Below are positions 10,253 to 19,844 of a stretch of DNA of 64,000 nt, in pieces. This DNA comes from Myxococcales bacterium (GTDB lineage: Bacteria > Myxococcota_A > Polyangia > Polyangiales > DASUME01). The stretch spans positions 8,288,001-8,352,000 of the forward strand of contig JASGJH010000001.1 of the NCBI GenBank assembly GCA_047601445.1, given 5' to 3'. The position numbers and the translations under genes are program-made. Within the stretch, counting starts at the first letter, position 1. Every line of letters starts with the position of its first letter. The notes beneath the pieces are model-generated. The model did not search any database and was not told where the DNA came from. It saw only the letters and a list, made by a program, of their open reading frames with translations.

Positions 10253-10334
10253 GGCAGAAGCCCGAGGCGGCCGTCCGCGAGTACGCCCCGCGGATGGTCG
10301 CAGGGGCGCGTGCTCATGTTCGCTGCTCCTTTCG

Positions 10335-10808
10335 CTAGACGCGAGAGAGCAGCTCTTTGACCATCTCGACGCAAGGAATGGCAACTCCGTTGGTCAGACG
10401 ATTCACCGAATCGCAGCGTCGGACGTAACCGAGGCGCTCGTAAAAGCCAGCGGCGTTGAGTGTCGAGTTGAGACGAACCTGGGATGAGCCTCGGCCAGCG
10501 ATGAGTCCTTCGAGATGCGTGACCAGGCCCGTTCCCACGTGCCGGTTCACGCATCGAGGATCGACGTAGACGGCATTGATCAGTGCCTCTTGTCGGTCGC
10601 AAACGCCGAAGCCGAGGAGAACATGGTCATGTTCGTCCACGATGCACTCGCTCCGTTCCATGAGTGCCGGATAAACTTCGGGCACCAAGGGGGCAAGCCA
10701 GGCCACGAGCTGATCACGCTCATAGTGCCTACAGCACAGGGCCTCGATGGAGGCGCGGTGCAGTTCAGCGAGAGCCTGGGCATCTTGGGTTCGGGCAATC
10801 CGAATCAT
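10335..10808 (-). CDS. GNAT N-acetyltransferase
   Basis: AVYVDP...HVGTGL and STLNAAGFYERLGY motifs. Confidence 0.85.
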   Translation of the reverse strand: MIRIARTQDAQALAELHRASIEALCCRHYERDQLVAWLAPLVPEVYPALMERSECIVDEHDHVLLGFGVCDRQEALINAVYVDPRCVNRHVGTGLVTHLEGLIAGRGSSQVRLNSTLNAAGFYERLGYVRRCDSVNRLTNGVAIPCVEMVKELLSRV

Positions 10809-10922
10809 CGCAGGATGAAAGGGTGCCCGCTCGCCCTAGACCGCGCAAACGCCCGATGTACGACCCGGCTGGGGAGCCAAGTTCGGCCGCGCATCAGGGC
10901 GAAGGGGACGCTTTTTCGCAGG

Positions 10923-12332
10923 TTACTTGAACAGGGAGCCCTGTTCGTTCGCTTCATCCTGGAGGATCTTCGCGACCCACTCCGCGATGCTCAGTTCGTT
11001 GTCGTTCTTGGTGAAGAACTCGGGACGCCACAGGTGCATGTGCTTGCCGCCCGCGAGCGTGTAGAAGCCCACGGTGCCGCGCTTGGTCACGTTGGTGAGC
11101 ACGTCCTGAAGGCCCATCGTGAACTTCTCGACCGAGTAGGCACCGCCGTTGGCGATGGACTGCTCCACGGTGTTGGAGAAGGGATCGACGGTGCAGTTGT
11201 TCTCGCCCGGCGCGTAGAAGGCGCGGATGATCTCGTCGCCCACGCTGGAGATCATGCCGCCCATCATGCGGTCCTTGTACTTCTCGTGGAAGAGCCACTG
11301 CCCGTAGCCCGTCACGATGCCACCGCCGTCGCTGTTGAAGCAGCCTTCGCAGTCCTTGGGCAGGATCTCGTCGAGGCCCCAGGTATCGCGCCAACGCTTC
11401 TGCAGGCAGGGAGCCATGAAGGCGTCCTGGAACGGCACGCCCGAGTCGCTGATGGCATAGACCTTGGCCTTGCCGCGCTTCTTGAACCATTCGACGGTGT
11501 AGTCGGCGTTGAAGAGCGTTCCGAAGCCGCCGGCGCTGGAGCCCGTGAGCAGCACCTTGCCCGCATCCTTGAAGGTGGGGCCGAAGCTGTCGAGCATCTT
11601 CTCGTAGTTGCGGCGACCCATGAAATTCTGGGGCTTGTCGAGGCCCTCGATCATCACGTTCTCGCGCGTGCCGGCGTGGATGTCTCCCGTGCAGTACGGG
11701 ATGTAGATCATGCTCCACTTGGCCGCCGGATTCGTGGCATCGGCGCGCTTGAAGATGCCCTCTTCGGGAGCCTTCTGCTTGCCGCGCAGGGAGAGGTTCT
11801 CAGCGCCCTCGATGCCTACGAGCAACTCGGGAAAGCCATGGATCAACGACTCGATGGGGAAGTCGTAGTTGACGTTCGTGGGGTTCAAGTTGCAGAAGAA
11901 CTTGTCCGCACAGGCGCCACCGCCGTTGAGATAGATGAGCAGGTTGTTCTCGGTGCCCTTGCGGTAGAAGTAGCCCGCAGGCGAGCCGTCGCGGCAGAGG
12001 GTGGTCTTCATGGACACCCAGGTCCAGTCGTTGTCGTCCGGGGCACCGGTGGGCAGGGAGCCGTCGGTGGGCAGGTCTGGATCGGTGTCCTGGCCACCCA
12101 TCTCCATGCCGCTATCGCCGTCGCCCGTATCGCCATCGCCGATGTCGCCATGGCCCGTGTCGCCGTCGCCGGTATCACCATCGCCGGTGTCCCCGTCGCC
12201 GTCCCCATCGCCGTCGCCGTCGCCGGTGGCGGGCTGGCCACCTTGTTGGCGGCTCGGCTCCTCGGCACAAGCGGCCAGGCCAGAAGTCAGAGTGGAAAGC
12301 CCAATGAACCAAGCAACTGCGCGCAAACTCAT
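10923..12332 (-). CDS. Pectin-acetylesterase/Notum-family hydrolase lipoprotein
   Basis: CRDGSPAG, YLNGGGAC, YIPYCTGDIHAG, GSSAGG nucleophile elbow; lipobox LAAC and GDGD linker. Confidence 0.88.
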   Translation of the reverse strand: MSLRAVAWFIGLSTLTSGLAACAEEPSRQQGGQPATGDGDGDGDGDGDTGDGDTGDGDTGHGDIGDGDTGDGDSGMEMGGQDTDPDLPTDGSLPTGAPDDNDWTWVSMKTTLCRDGSPAGYFYRKGTENNLLIYLNGGGACADKFFCNLNPTNVNYDFPIESLIHGFPELLVGIEGAENLSLRGKQKAPEEGIFKRADATNPAAKWSMIYIPYCTGDIHAGTRENVMIEGLDKPQNFMGRRNYEKMLDSFGPTFKDAGKVLLTGSSAGGFGTLFNADYTVEWFKKRGKAKVYAISDSGVPFQDAFMAPCLQKRWRDTWGLDEILPKDCEGCFNSDGGGIVTGYGQWLFHEKYKDRMMGGMISSVGDEIIRAFYAPGENNCTVDPFSNTVEQSIANGGAYSVEKFTMGLQDVLTNVTKRGTVGFYTLAGGKHMHLWRPEFFTKNDNELSIAEWVAKILQDEANEQGSLFK

Positions 12333-12457
12333 CGAAATCACCCCGTTCTAAGGAAGCGCGACCGGGGCACGAATGCGTCCGGTACGGCCGAGCCAAGCAG
12401 CGGTCGACCATACGGCGGGTCCCAGGAACGAAGTGCTCAACCGGTTTGCCGAATCGC

Positions 12458-13498
12458 TCAAAAGGCTCGGCCGGGACCTCCGCCCAGCTGCTTCCGGAAT
12501 TCGGCGGGGCCGGTCCCGTGCCAGCGCCGAAAGGCCTTGTGGAAGCTGGCTACGTTCGAGAACCCCAAAAGGAAGGCCACCTCACTGATCGGCAGGCTCC
12601 GGTCTTCGAGGTATCGCGAGGCAAGCTCACGACGCACTTCATCGACGATTTGCCGATGCCCGGTGCCTTCCTCCTCCAGTCGCCGCCGCAAGGTTGGACC
12701 ACTCATCGCCATGGCCTTGGCGACCCACAACAGGCTGGCCTCGCCGCGAGACAGGTTCTCGACGACGAGCGCGCGCACCCGGCCCGTCACGCCCTCTTGC
12801 TTGCGTGACCCCTCGAGGAGCTCGTTCACATGAGCGGCGTAGGTTGCATGGACGACCGCGTTCGCATGGACCAGAGGCGCGTCCAGGTAGGCGCGCGGGA
12901 AGACGATGGCGTTGAACGGCATGCCGAGGCGCACCGGACAGCGAAAGACGCGCTGATAGTCGGCTTCACTCGTCGGCGCCGCGTGGGCAAAGTGCACCTC
13001 GATGGGATCCTCGTCTTGCCCGGTATAGCGGCGTGCAAGGCTGGTGTAGACGGAGAGCTCGAAATCATTGGCCGCCGGGGGTTGATTGAGGCCCTCGGCC
13101 ACACGAAACTCCCAGACCGCAACGTCCTCCTTCTCCACGAGCCGGGAATCCGCAGAATCGTTCATCAGGCGCAAGTAGCGAGTGGCACAGTGGGCAGCGT
13201 CTCGAAGCGTGGCACAGGTGCTGGCGGCGTATTCGAGGACGCCCAGATCGCTGGGCCCGAATTGTTCAGCGGCTTTCATCCCTAGCCCGGGATCGACGCA
13301 GAGGTCGACCGCACGGGCGAGCAGATGCATCGCCGGATCGTGCGGGACGCGTTTGTCGGGATCGCTGAACTCTTGCACTCCGATGCGGGCCTCGGCGAGC
13401 AGCTCCAGGCCCCTGGGGTGCAGCGCAATGATGCGAGCAAAAGGCCAAAGTAGGCGGATGGAAATCGTGGGGTTTGGGACGGGACGTCGCTCGGACAT
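12458..13498 (-). CDS. AraC-family transcriptional regulator
   Basis: C-terminal TLRRRL...ISEVAFLLGFS..ASFHKAFRRWHGTGP. Confidence 0.92.
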   Translation of the reverse strand: MSERRPVPNPTISIRLLWPFARIIALHPRGLELLAEARIGVQEFSDPDKRVPHDPAMHLLARAVDLCVDPGLGMKAAEQFGPSDLGVLEYAASTCATLRDAAHCATRYLRLMNDSADSRLVEKEDVAVWEFRVAEGLNQPPAANDFELSVYTSLARRYTGQDEDPIEVHFAHAAPTSEADYQRVFRCPVRLGMPFNAIVFPRAYLDAPLVHANAVVHATYAAHVNELLEGSRKQEGVTGRVRALVVENLSRGEASLLWVAKAMAMSGPTLRRRLEEEGTGHRQIVDEVRRELASRYLEDRSLPISEVAFLLGFSNVASFHKAFRRWHGTGPAEFRKQLGGGPGRAF

Positions 13499-13561
13499 GG
13501 GTCGCTGGCTCTTGGCGAGGTTGCTCGATGGTAGCAGGTGCCGCGTTCCTCCGTGGATCCT

Positions 13562-14044
13562 CTACGTTACGGCGACGTCCACCATGGTCGGCCCGAGCAC
13601 GCGCACGAGCTCGCTCGGCGCGAGGGTGACCAAGAAGCCCCGGGCGCCGCCGTTGATGTGGATCTCCACGAGGTCCAACACGCTGCGCTGCAGATAGATG
13701 GGCATCGCCCTGCGTAGGCCGAATGGCGAGGTGCCGCCCACCTGGTAGCCCGAATGTTTGTCGGCGGTGGCAGGGCTACAGGGAGCGACGCTCTTGGCAC
13801 CGACTTGGCGCGCAAGGTTCTTGGCCGACACCTCGTGGTCTCCGTGCATGAGGATGCACAACGGCTGCTTGCGTTCGTCCTCGAAGATCAACGTCTTCAC
13901 CACGGCGTGCTCGTCGAGCCCCAGCGCCTCCGAAGAGGCGCGCGTGCCGCCGTGCGGGGTCCACTTGTAGAGGTGCGGCTCGAATGGGACCTGGTGCTGT
14001 CGAAGAACCCGCACCGCCATGGTGGTCGGGTAGTCGGTGGCCAT
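13562..14044 (-). CDS. ybaK: Cys-tRNA(Pro) deacylase YbaK
   Basis: VVKTL, SGYQVGGTSPFG, INGGARG motifs. Confidence 0.9.
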   Translation of the reverse strand: MATDYPTTMAVRVLRQHQVPFEPHLYKWTPHGGTRASSEALGLDEHAVVKTLIFEDERKQPLCILMHGDHEVSAKNLARQVGAKSVAPCSPATADKHSGYQVGGTSPFGLRRAMPIYLQRSVLDLVEIHINGGARGFLVTLAPSELVRVLGPTMVDVAVT

Positions 14045-14231
14045 GCCCCGGAGTGTAGCGGGGTCTGCGGCCCGTGACGGCGCGTCCCGGCTGCGGCTGC
14101 GCCGAAAAAATTCGCCGGGATCGCAGCGGGCGCGTCGTGGAAGCGGACCTTCGGTGCGGCTTTGGGATTGCATGGCGGCCCACGCGCATACCTACGAGCG
14201 TGTCCGTGCGGGATTCACAGCCTGACAGGAA

Positions 14232-14396
14232 ATGAACATGCGTCGCAGGTTCGTCATGCTGTTCGTGATCACGGGCCTGAGCTGCGCACACCAGCCTGCC
14301 TCCGGCTTAGCGGCTCGCCCGCAGCCAGCCTCCGCGGAGCGTGGCGGTGACGTCGAACTCGGGACCGCCACCTCGGCGCCAGGAGAGATGCCATGA
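14232..14396 (+). CDS. Putative small lipoprotein (54 aa)
   Basis: MNMRRRFVMLFVITGLSC lipobox; AGGA RBS; stop overlaps the next start (ATGA). Not in the ORF track. Confidence 0.55.
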   Translation: MNMRRRFVMLFVITGLSCAHQPASGLAARPQPASAERGGDVELGTATSAPGEMP

Positions 14397-14938
14397 AGAA
14401 AGCAGTCATCGGCCTCGTGCGATCGCGCGCCGATGCAGATGCGGTGGTCACCAACCTGCAGAGCCATGGTTTTGCGCTGCGCGACATCTCCGCGCTGCTG
14501 CCCGATCGTGAGGGGGCGCGGGATTTTGCCCATGTTCACAACACCAAGGCGCCCGAGGGGGCCATCGCGGGCGCGGGTGCAGGCGGGGTGCTGGGCGGGA
14601 CGCTCGGGATGTTGGCCGGCATCGGAGCCTTCGCCATCCCGGGGCTCGGCGTGTTCATCGCGGCGGGTCCCCTGTTGGCTGCCATGAGCGGTGTGGCGGT
14701 AGGGGCCACCGTGGGGTCCATCGCGGGGGCCCTGGTGGGCTCGGGTATTCCCGAGATCGAAGCCAAGCTTTACGAGGGCAAGCTGCGCAGCGGGAACATC
14801 TTGATCGCCGTGCACGCCGAGACTGCCGAGCGGCAACGGCGCGCCAGCGAGGTGTTGGCTGCAGCGGGCGCAGACAAGGTCGGTATGGCTGCCGAGGCGG
14901 CGCTTCCGCGCGATGAGCTCAGGACGAGTCGGCGCTAG
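14393..14938 (+). CDS. General stress membrane protein (glycine-zipper type)
   Basis: KAPEGA..GAGAGGVLGG...AIPGLG.FIAAGP...GIPE.EAK.YE...G.ILI.VH. Confidence 0.8.
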   Translation: MKKAVIGLVRSRADADAVVTNLQSHGFALRDISALLPDREGARDFAHVHNTKAPEGAIAGAGAGGVLGGTLGMLAGIGAFAIPGLGVFIAAGPLLAAMSGVAVGATVGSIAGALVGSGIPEIEAKLYEGKLRSGNILIAVHAETAERQRRASEVLAAAGADKVGMAAEAALPRDELRTSRR

Positions 14939-14990
14939 TGACAGACAAGGTGGACCGATCGACTAGGACGGCTCCTCGTCGAGAAACTCT

Positions 14991-15156
14991 CGTGGTTGTG
15001 GTCATGATCGGCGAGGTGGACTTTCACGGCGACGGCGACGGTGTGCGTGAGCGCCCTCGCCTTTGACGTGCAGAGCGTTCGACCTCCAACCGCTCACGCA
15101 GACCGTCGCCGTCGTCGTCAAAGTCGACGGAATCGACGGCCACGACCATGACCACG
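14991..15156. repeat. Long intergenic inverted repeat with GACGGC hexamers
   Basis: Arms 15016-15053 and 15091-15128 (38 bp, 4 mismatches) with weaker outer arms; lies between convergent genes. Confidence 0.8.
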
Positions 15157-15226
15157 CTTGCGATCGGCTCGTCGATGGAAAGCCGGGTGGATGACGTCCG
15201 TGCGGGTGCCAGATCGCCTATCGCGC

Positions 15227-16147
15227 TCAACCCGTCAGGCGCGCCTGAGGCACTGTGCTGCGCAGCGCTGGGATGAGGCGTGCGGCGGCCTGCTCCACCT
15301 CTGGCCGAAAGACGAGGCGCCAGGGCCGCTCGATGCTGCCGCTGCTCAAGCGCTTGGCCACCAAATCGCCGCGGGCGAGCTGCGGGGCCGCGATCCACTC
15401 GGACAGCACCGCCACGCCCATGCCGGCGCGTGCCATGTCGAAGATGGCCTCGGTGAGCGGGAGCCGCTCGAACTTGAGGCGTGGGCGGGCTCGACCGAAC
15501 ACACGCGTGAGGAACCAGTGCTGCTCCGCAGGGGGAGTGTGTGAGCTCAGGAGCACGGCCTGCTGAATGTCGCGCGGCGTGAGCGCGCGCTTTTTGGCCA
15601 ACGGATGATCGTGGGCCATCACGAACACGATCTCGTCCGTGAACAGCGGCGCTTCCATGAGCGGCGAACTGCGCGGCACCTCGCTCGTGGTCACCAGGGC
15701 CGCGTCGAGCTTGCCGGCGGACAGGGCCGAGAGCGGATCGCCCGTGTGCTCGACCGAGACCGACAAGGAAAGGCCGGGCAAGGTGCGGCGCAAGGCGTGA
15801 AGCGCCGAGGGCAACCAGTGGTAGGCCGTATAGCACTCGCACACCATGCGGACGCGGGTGGGCGCGTCGTCGGAGCGCACACGATGTTCGAGATCACACA
15901 GGCTGGCGAGCAGTTCCTGCGCTCCCGCGAGCAGGCGCGCGCCGGCTTGCGTGGGCTCGAGGCCCCGCGGCCCGCGCTCGAATAGGCGCGTCTCGAGCTT
16001 CTCCTCGAGCGAGAGCAGGGCGCGGCTCACGGCGGGCTGCGTGATGTGGAGGAGGGCGGCCGCCTTGGCCGTGGTGCCCGCGCTGGCCAGGGCCAACGCC
16101 ACCTGGAGGTCGCGGATCTCGAGATCGGGCGTGAGTATGCGTTGCAC
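15227..16147 (-). CDS. LysR-family transcriptional regulator
   Basis: HTH KAAALLHITQPAVSRAL..LEEKL...LFER. Start codon uncertain. Confidence 0.92.
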   Translation of the reverse strand: MQRILTPDLEIRDLQVALALASAGTTAKAAALLHITQPAVSRALLSLEEKLETRLFERGPRGLEPTQAGARLLAGAQELLASLCDLEHRVRSDDAPTRVRMVCECYTAYHWLPSALHALRRTLPGLSLSVSVEHTGDPLSALSAGKLDAALVTTSEVPRSSPLMEAPLFTDEIVFVMAHDHPLAKKRALTPRDIQQAVLLSSHTPPAEQHWFLTRVFGRARPRLKFERLPLTEAIFDMARAGMGVAVLSEWIAAPQLARGDLVAKRLSSGSIERPWRLVFRPEVEQAAARLIPALRSTVPQARLTG

Positions 16148-16182
16148 GCATCGAGTGTATTCCAACTATGCGTTGGATGCAT
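16137..16182. promoter_or_regulatory. Two LysR-type boxes (ATGC-N7-GCAT)
   Basis: ATGCGTTGCACGCAT at 16137-16151 and ATGCGTTGGATGCAT at 16168-16182, at the divergent LysR/GST junction. Confidence 0.65.
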
Positions 16183-16235
16183 TCGCCCGCTGTTTCTAGT
16201 CTGAGCGGCGTTCCCACACCTATCAGGAGGACTTC

Positions 16236-16853
16236 ATGGAACTGTTCTTCTCGCCGCTCGCCTGCTCCGCCGCTTCGCGCATCGCTCTCTACGAGTCCGG
16301 TCAGACGGCCGCCTTCACACGCGTGGACACCAAGACCCGGCGCACCGACCACGGCGAGGATTATCTCGCGGTGCACCCGCTCGGGATGGTGCCGGCCCTG
16401 CGCCTCGACGACGGTCGGGTGCTGACCGAGAACGCGGCCATCTTGCAGTTTCTGGCCGAGCGCGTGCCCGAGGCCCAACTCGCCCCCGTGGCAGGCATGG
16501 AGCGCGCGCTGCTTTGGCAATGGTTGTGTTTCATCGGTACGGAGCTGCACAAGACCGTGTTCACTCCGCTGCTCGACGCCAAGGCGCCCGCCGCCAGCAA
16601 GGAGTACGCGCTCGCGCTCGCGGAGACGCGCCTCGCGCTGCTCGAACGGCACCTCACGGACCGCACGTACCTCCTCGAACGGTTCAGCGTCGCGGACGCG
16701 TACCTGGTGGTCATCCTCGGCTGGACGCAGGTCACGCCCATCGAGCTCGCCAAGTATCCCGCCGTGGCGGCCTATGTGGGGCGCCTCCGCAAGCGTCCGA
16801 GCGTGGCCAAGGCGCTCGCCGAAGAGCGAGAGCTCTACACCCAGGCGCGCTGA
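16236..16853 (+). CDS. Glutathione S-transferase (beta class)
   Basis: FSPLACS, HPLGMVPAL, LTENAAIL, FSVADAYL; AGGAGG RBS. Confidence 0.92.
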   Translation: MELFFSPLACSAASRIALYESGQTAAFTRVDTKTRRTDHGEDYLAVHPLGMVPALRLDDGRVLTENAAILQFLAERVPEAQLAPVAGMERALLWQWLCFIGTELHKTVFTPLLDAKAPAASKEYALALAETRLALLERHLTDRTYLLERFSVADAYLVVILGWTQVTPIELAKYPAVAAYVGRLRKRPSVAKALAEERELYTQAR

Positions 16854-16882
16854 GGTTCATCGAGGCGTGGCCGAGGCAGCGC

Positions 16883-17353
16883 TCAGGAGCATTCCGGCAC
16901 CACGTGGCCATCCGAGCGCGCCACCCAGCGCAGCAAGTCGGCGGCGGACAGGACGCCGACCACCTTGCCCGTGCCGGACACCACGGCCACGCGCTCGACG
17001 GCCTCGTACACCATCAAGCCTGCAGCCTGGGTGGCTGGCAGGTGTTCCTGCACCGTGATGGCGTCGCGCTCGATGAGCTCTGCCACCGAGCGCTCACGAG
17101 TCGGCGTTCCGCGTACGTCGCCGTGTTGCAATGCCCGCAGCACCGTGCGTTCGTCGAGCACTACCAGGGTCTGGTCGCGCTCGTTGACCACGGCTGCGGC
17201 ATGCCAGCCCGTCTGCTCGAACAGGTTGGCCAGCGCATCGAGCGACAACTCGGGCCGCACGCAGAGCACGTTCCGAGACATGAGCTCCGCGACCGTGGCG
17301 CGTGGCAACTGGATGCAGGCGTCGATGTCTGAATATCGGAAAGCAGCGGACAC
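16883..17353 (-). CDS. CBS-domain protein (paralog of 44851..45600)
   Basis: GGAGG RBS before GTG; two CBS repeats; shares PATQAAGLMVYEAV...VVGVLSAADLL.W.ARSDG with the paralog. Confidence 0.8.
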   Translation of the reverse strand: MSAAFRYSDIDACIQLPRATVAELMSRNVLCVRPELSLDALANLFEQTGWHAAAVVNERDQTLVVLDERTVLRALQHGDVRGTPTRERSVAELIERDAITVQEHLPATQAAGLMVYEAVERVAVVSGTGKVVGVLSAADLLRWVARSDGHVVPECS

Positions 17354-17598
17354 AGGTCCTCCCCGAGCTGAAAACGCTCTGGAGGTGGCGGCCCGACCAC
17401 TCCCGGTTCCTGCTGCCGGAATGGCAGCACCCCTTAGAGGCCTGCAACGTAAGTACGGCGAGCGTGATTGCAACCATGTGAGCGGCGGGCTTGATCAGGT
17501 TTTGGGGACCGAACGAGCGCGAGCGAGGCCGCACACGGGGTGAACGCAGTAACGTTTGGCCGTTGAGGGGCCACGCTTGGGACGAGATGCCCTCAAGC

Positions 17599-18162
17599 AT
17601 GACCCGTGCGTTTGCCTTCGAACTCGACGCCTTCATTCAAGCCTGTCGCGTGGCGCTCCTCGACGGTTCCCCCGAGAAGGCCATGCGTGAAGTCGTGGCG
17701 CGCGCCGTGTCGGAGCCCGCCGCGGTGCTGCGTGCGCTGGGCGAGCCGGTTCGAGCAGGTCTCGTGCCCCTCCATCGCTCGGAGGAGCTTACCATCATGA
17801 ATGTCGTGTGGGGACCGGGCATGACGGTCAGGCCCCACGATCACCGGATGTGGGCGACCATCGGCATCTACACCGGTCGCGAGGACAACATCTTCTGGCG
17901 TCGTATCGAGGACGAGCAGAGCGGCAAGGTCGAGGCGCGCGGTGCTCGCTCACTTAGTGCGGGCGACTGCGTCACGCTCGGGCGCGAGATCATCCACTCG
18001 GTGACCAACCCCATCCCTCGCCTGAGCGGCGCCATTCACGTGTATGGCGGAAACCTCGCGGCCGTCGCCCGCAGCGAGTGGGACCCCGAGAGTCTGCTCG
18101 AGCGTCCGTATGACTCCGAGCGCACCGCCCGCGACTTTGAAAGCGCCAACGAGCGCCGCTGA
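17599..18162 (+). CDS. Cysteine dioxygenase-like cupin
   Basis: PHDH..WA.IGIY.G.E.N, IHSV.NP, AIHVYGG. Confidence 0.8.
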   Translation: MTRAFAFELDAFIQACRVALLDGSPEKAMREVVARAVSEPAAVLRALGEPVRAGLVPLHRSEELTIMNVVWGPGMTVRPHDHRMWATIGIYTGREDNIFWRRIEDEQSGKVEARGARSLSAGDCVTLGREIIHSVTNPIPRLSGAIHVYGGNLAAVARSEWDPESLLERPYDSERTARDFESANERR

Positions 18163-18183
18163 CGCAACGACGCGGTCGACGTG

Positions 18184-18750
18184 TCAGGGCACAGGTGTGT
18201 ACACCTGATCGCGCGCCCCGGCCGTGGGCGTGTGATCTTGGCTGCCGGCGGCCGAATGGCAGGCCACGCACACCTGCTTGGGTACACCTTGGTCACCGAA
18301 GCCAGCCGCCACCACGCCGGTGGTCGGCAGCTGTTCGTACCAGTACCAGTTGGCCCCTCCCGCGCTGTCCGCTTCGGTCTTGACGTAATAGGCGTAGCCG
18401 ACGACGTCGGTGCTGTCGGCGGAGGCGTAGAGCTCCTTCACGGCCGCCGCTCCCTTGGGCCACGCAGCGGTGCCGTTTGCATTGGAGGCGATGCGGTCGT
18501 TCGAGCAGATGCGGTTGTAGGTATGGGCGGACGGCATACGCGCCGCGTGCACCGTGGGTTCGCAGTGCCATTCGAGATAGGCTCCGGAAGCCAGAAATGC
18601 CTCCACCCCAGCCTGATCCGTTGGCAGCAACGCCTCGGGCATCGACGCGTCGGATCCGGCGTCGGAAGTGGGAGCGCTCGGCCTATCATCGTCAGCGCAG
18701 GCGGCGCACAGCAACAAGGCTTGGCACATCAACAGCGAAAGTGTCTTCAT
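18184..18750 (-). CDS. Lipoprotein c-type cytochrome (cytochrome P460-like)
   Basis: Lipobox; WPKGAAAVKE, ANWYWYE, C-terminal CVACH. Confidence 0.7.
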   Translation of the reverse strand: MKTLSLLMCQALLLCAACADDDRPSAPTSDAGSDASMPEALLPTDQAGVEAFLASGAYLEWHCEPTVHAARMPSAHTYNRICSNDRIASNANGTAAWPKGAAAVKELYASADSTDVVGYAYYVKTEADSAGGANWYWYEQLPTTGVVAAGFGDQGVPKQVCVACHSAAGSQDHTPTAGARDQVYTPVP

Positions 18751-18877
18751 GATGTCCTCGGGTTGGATCGAGGCCCGCCGGGGACAGTGCTGTGGGGGCC
18801 CGTTGCCTCTTCGATCGACACCTGCATGCGGTTACATCGCGAACTCAGAAAATGCGTCCGCCGCAATTCACCACGAC

Positions 18878-19408
18878 CTAGCGTCCGAGTAGCCCGCCCA
18901 ACGCGCCCGCGATTCCGCCTTGCCCGAGGCTGCTCAACAGGGGGACCGCCGATAACACCTTCTGAACGAGCTCCGGCGAGAGACGCGACTTCAGGAAGTT
19001 CAGCACCAACGGTGCCACCATGCTGGCCATGCTCGGGTTGATGTTCAGCTTGCCGAGCAGCTGCGCGATGGTGGTCACGTCGAGACCTCCCGCCCCACCG
19101 CCGCCCGTGAGCGCGCCGAGCAGTCCACCCGCCGCCTGATTGCCCCCGAGCGCGCCGAGGGCCGAGCCGAGCAGTCCGCCTCCAAGGCCTCCTTCGGATG
19201 CGTTCGAGCTCGCGTTCTGCGCCAGGCTCGCCGCGGCCTTTTGCCAACCCGAGAGCTCGGGGATGGCTTGCTGAAGTTGTTGCGCCTCTTGCGCCCCAAC
19301 CTGACTCTCCACCTGCTGCTTCACGCCCCCCAACACCGCGCCTGCAAGGCTCTCCGCTGCGCCCTTGTCGATGCCGAACTGCGATGCGAGCTCTCCAATG
19401 AAATCCAT
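18878..19408 (-). CDS. Conserved Gly/Ala/Leu-rich hypothetical protein (DUF2780-like)
   Basis: Purine-rich RBS; MDFIGELASQFGI...AIPEL...LVLNFLKSR. Confidence 0.65.
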   Translation of the reverse strand: MDFIGELASQFGIDKGAAESLAGAVLGGVKQQVESQVGAQEAQQLQQAIPELSGWQKAAASLAQNASSNASEGGLGGGLLGSALGALGGNQAAGGLLGALTGGGGAGGLDVTTIAQLLGKLNINPSMASMVAPLVLNFLKSRLSPELVQKVLSAVPLLSSLGQGGIAGALGGLLGR

Positions 19409-19844
19409 GCTTCCCCCTTTTGCCGAGGATAGTACCTCGGTGGACTCAAGTGTGCCCTTGGTATGGGCCGTCGCTTCGGGGGCGGGGCCGTTGATTCGCG
19501 CGCTTGCACGGCCCCGTGCTTCTCGCCCTGTTTGCGTTCGCTCTACCGAACGTTCTCACTCCACCGACCAGGCCCGTCCGCCCCAGTTCGTCTGCGAACT
19601 GGGGTCGAGCGTCGGTGAGGTGGGCTTGTGGGGGCGCGCGCCGCCTGCGCTGTGTCGAACTCGTGTCCTCACAGGCGGACTTGCATCTAGGCATGTGCCA
19701 CTCCCACCTGACCGCCGCACCGACGCGACAAAACGCCAGCGCGCCCCCACAAGCCCGCCTCAGCGAAGCACCGGTCCAGACCCAAGAGGAACACTTGGGC
19801 CGAAGGGCTCGTCGTGAAGAGAGAACGTTGGTGCAATGAGGACG

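Noticed and set aside
12110..12230. GACGGC-type repeats as a DNA element (also near 3115-3155 and 30240-30275)
   Set aside because: They encode in-frame Gly-Asp linkers of lipoproteins, which are common in myxobacteria.
10515..12833. Long antisense or alternative-frame ORFs (also 903..2000, 50069..52117, 62035..63906)
   Set aside because: Shadow ORFs typical of high-GC DNA that overlap genes with clear motifs.
19504..19839. 111-aa ORF and the 10-bp hairpin at 19581-19604
   Set aside because: No recognisable motif or RBS; the hairpin alone does not support a call.
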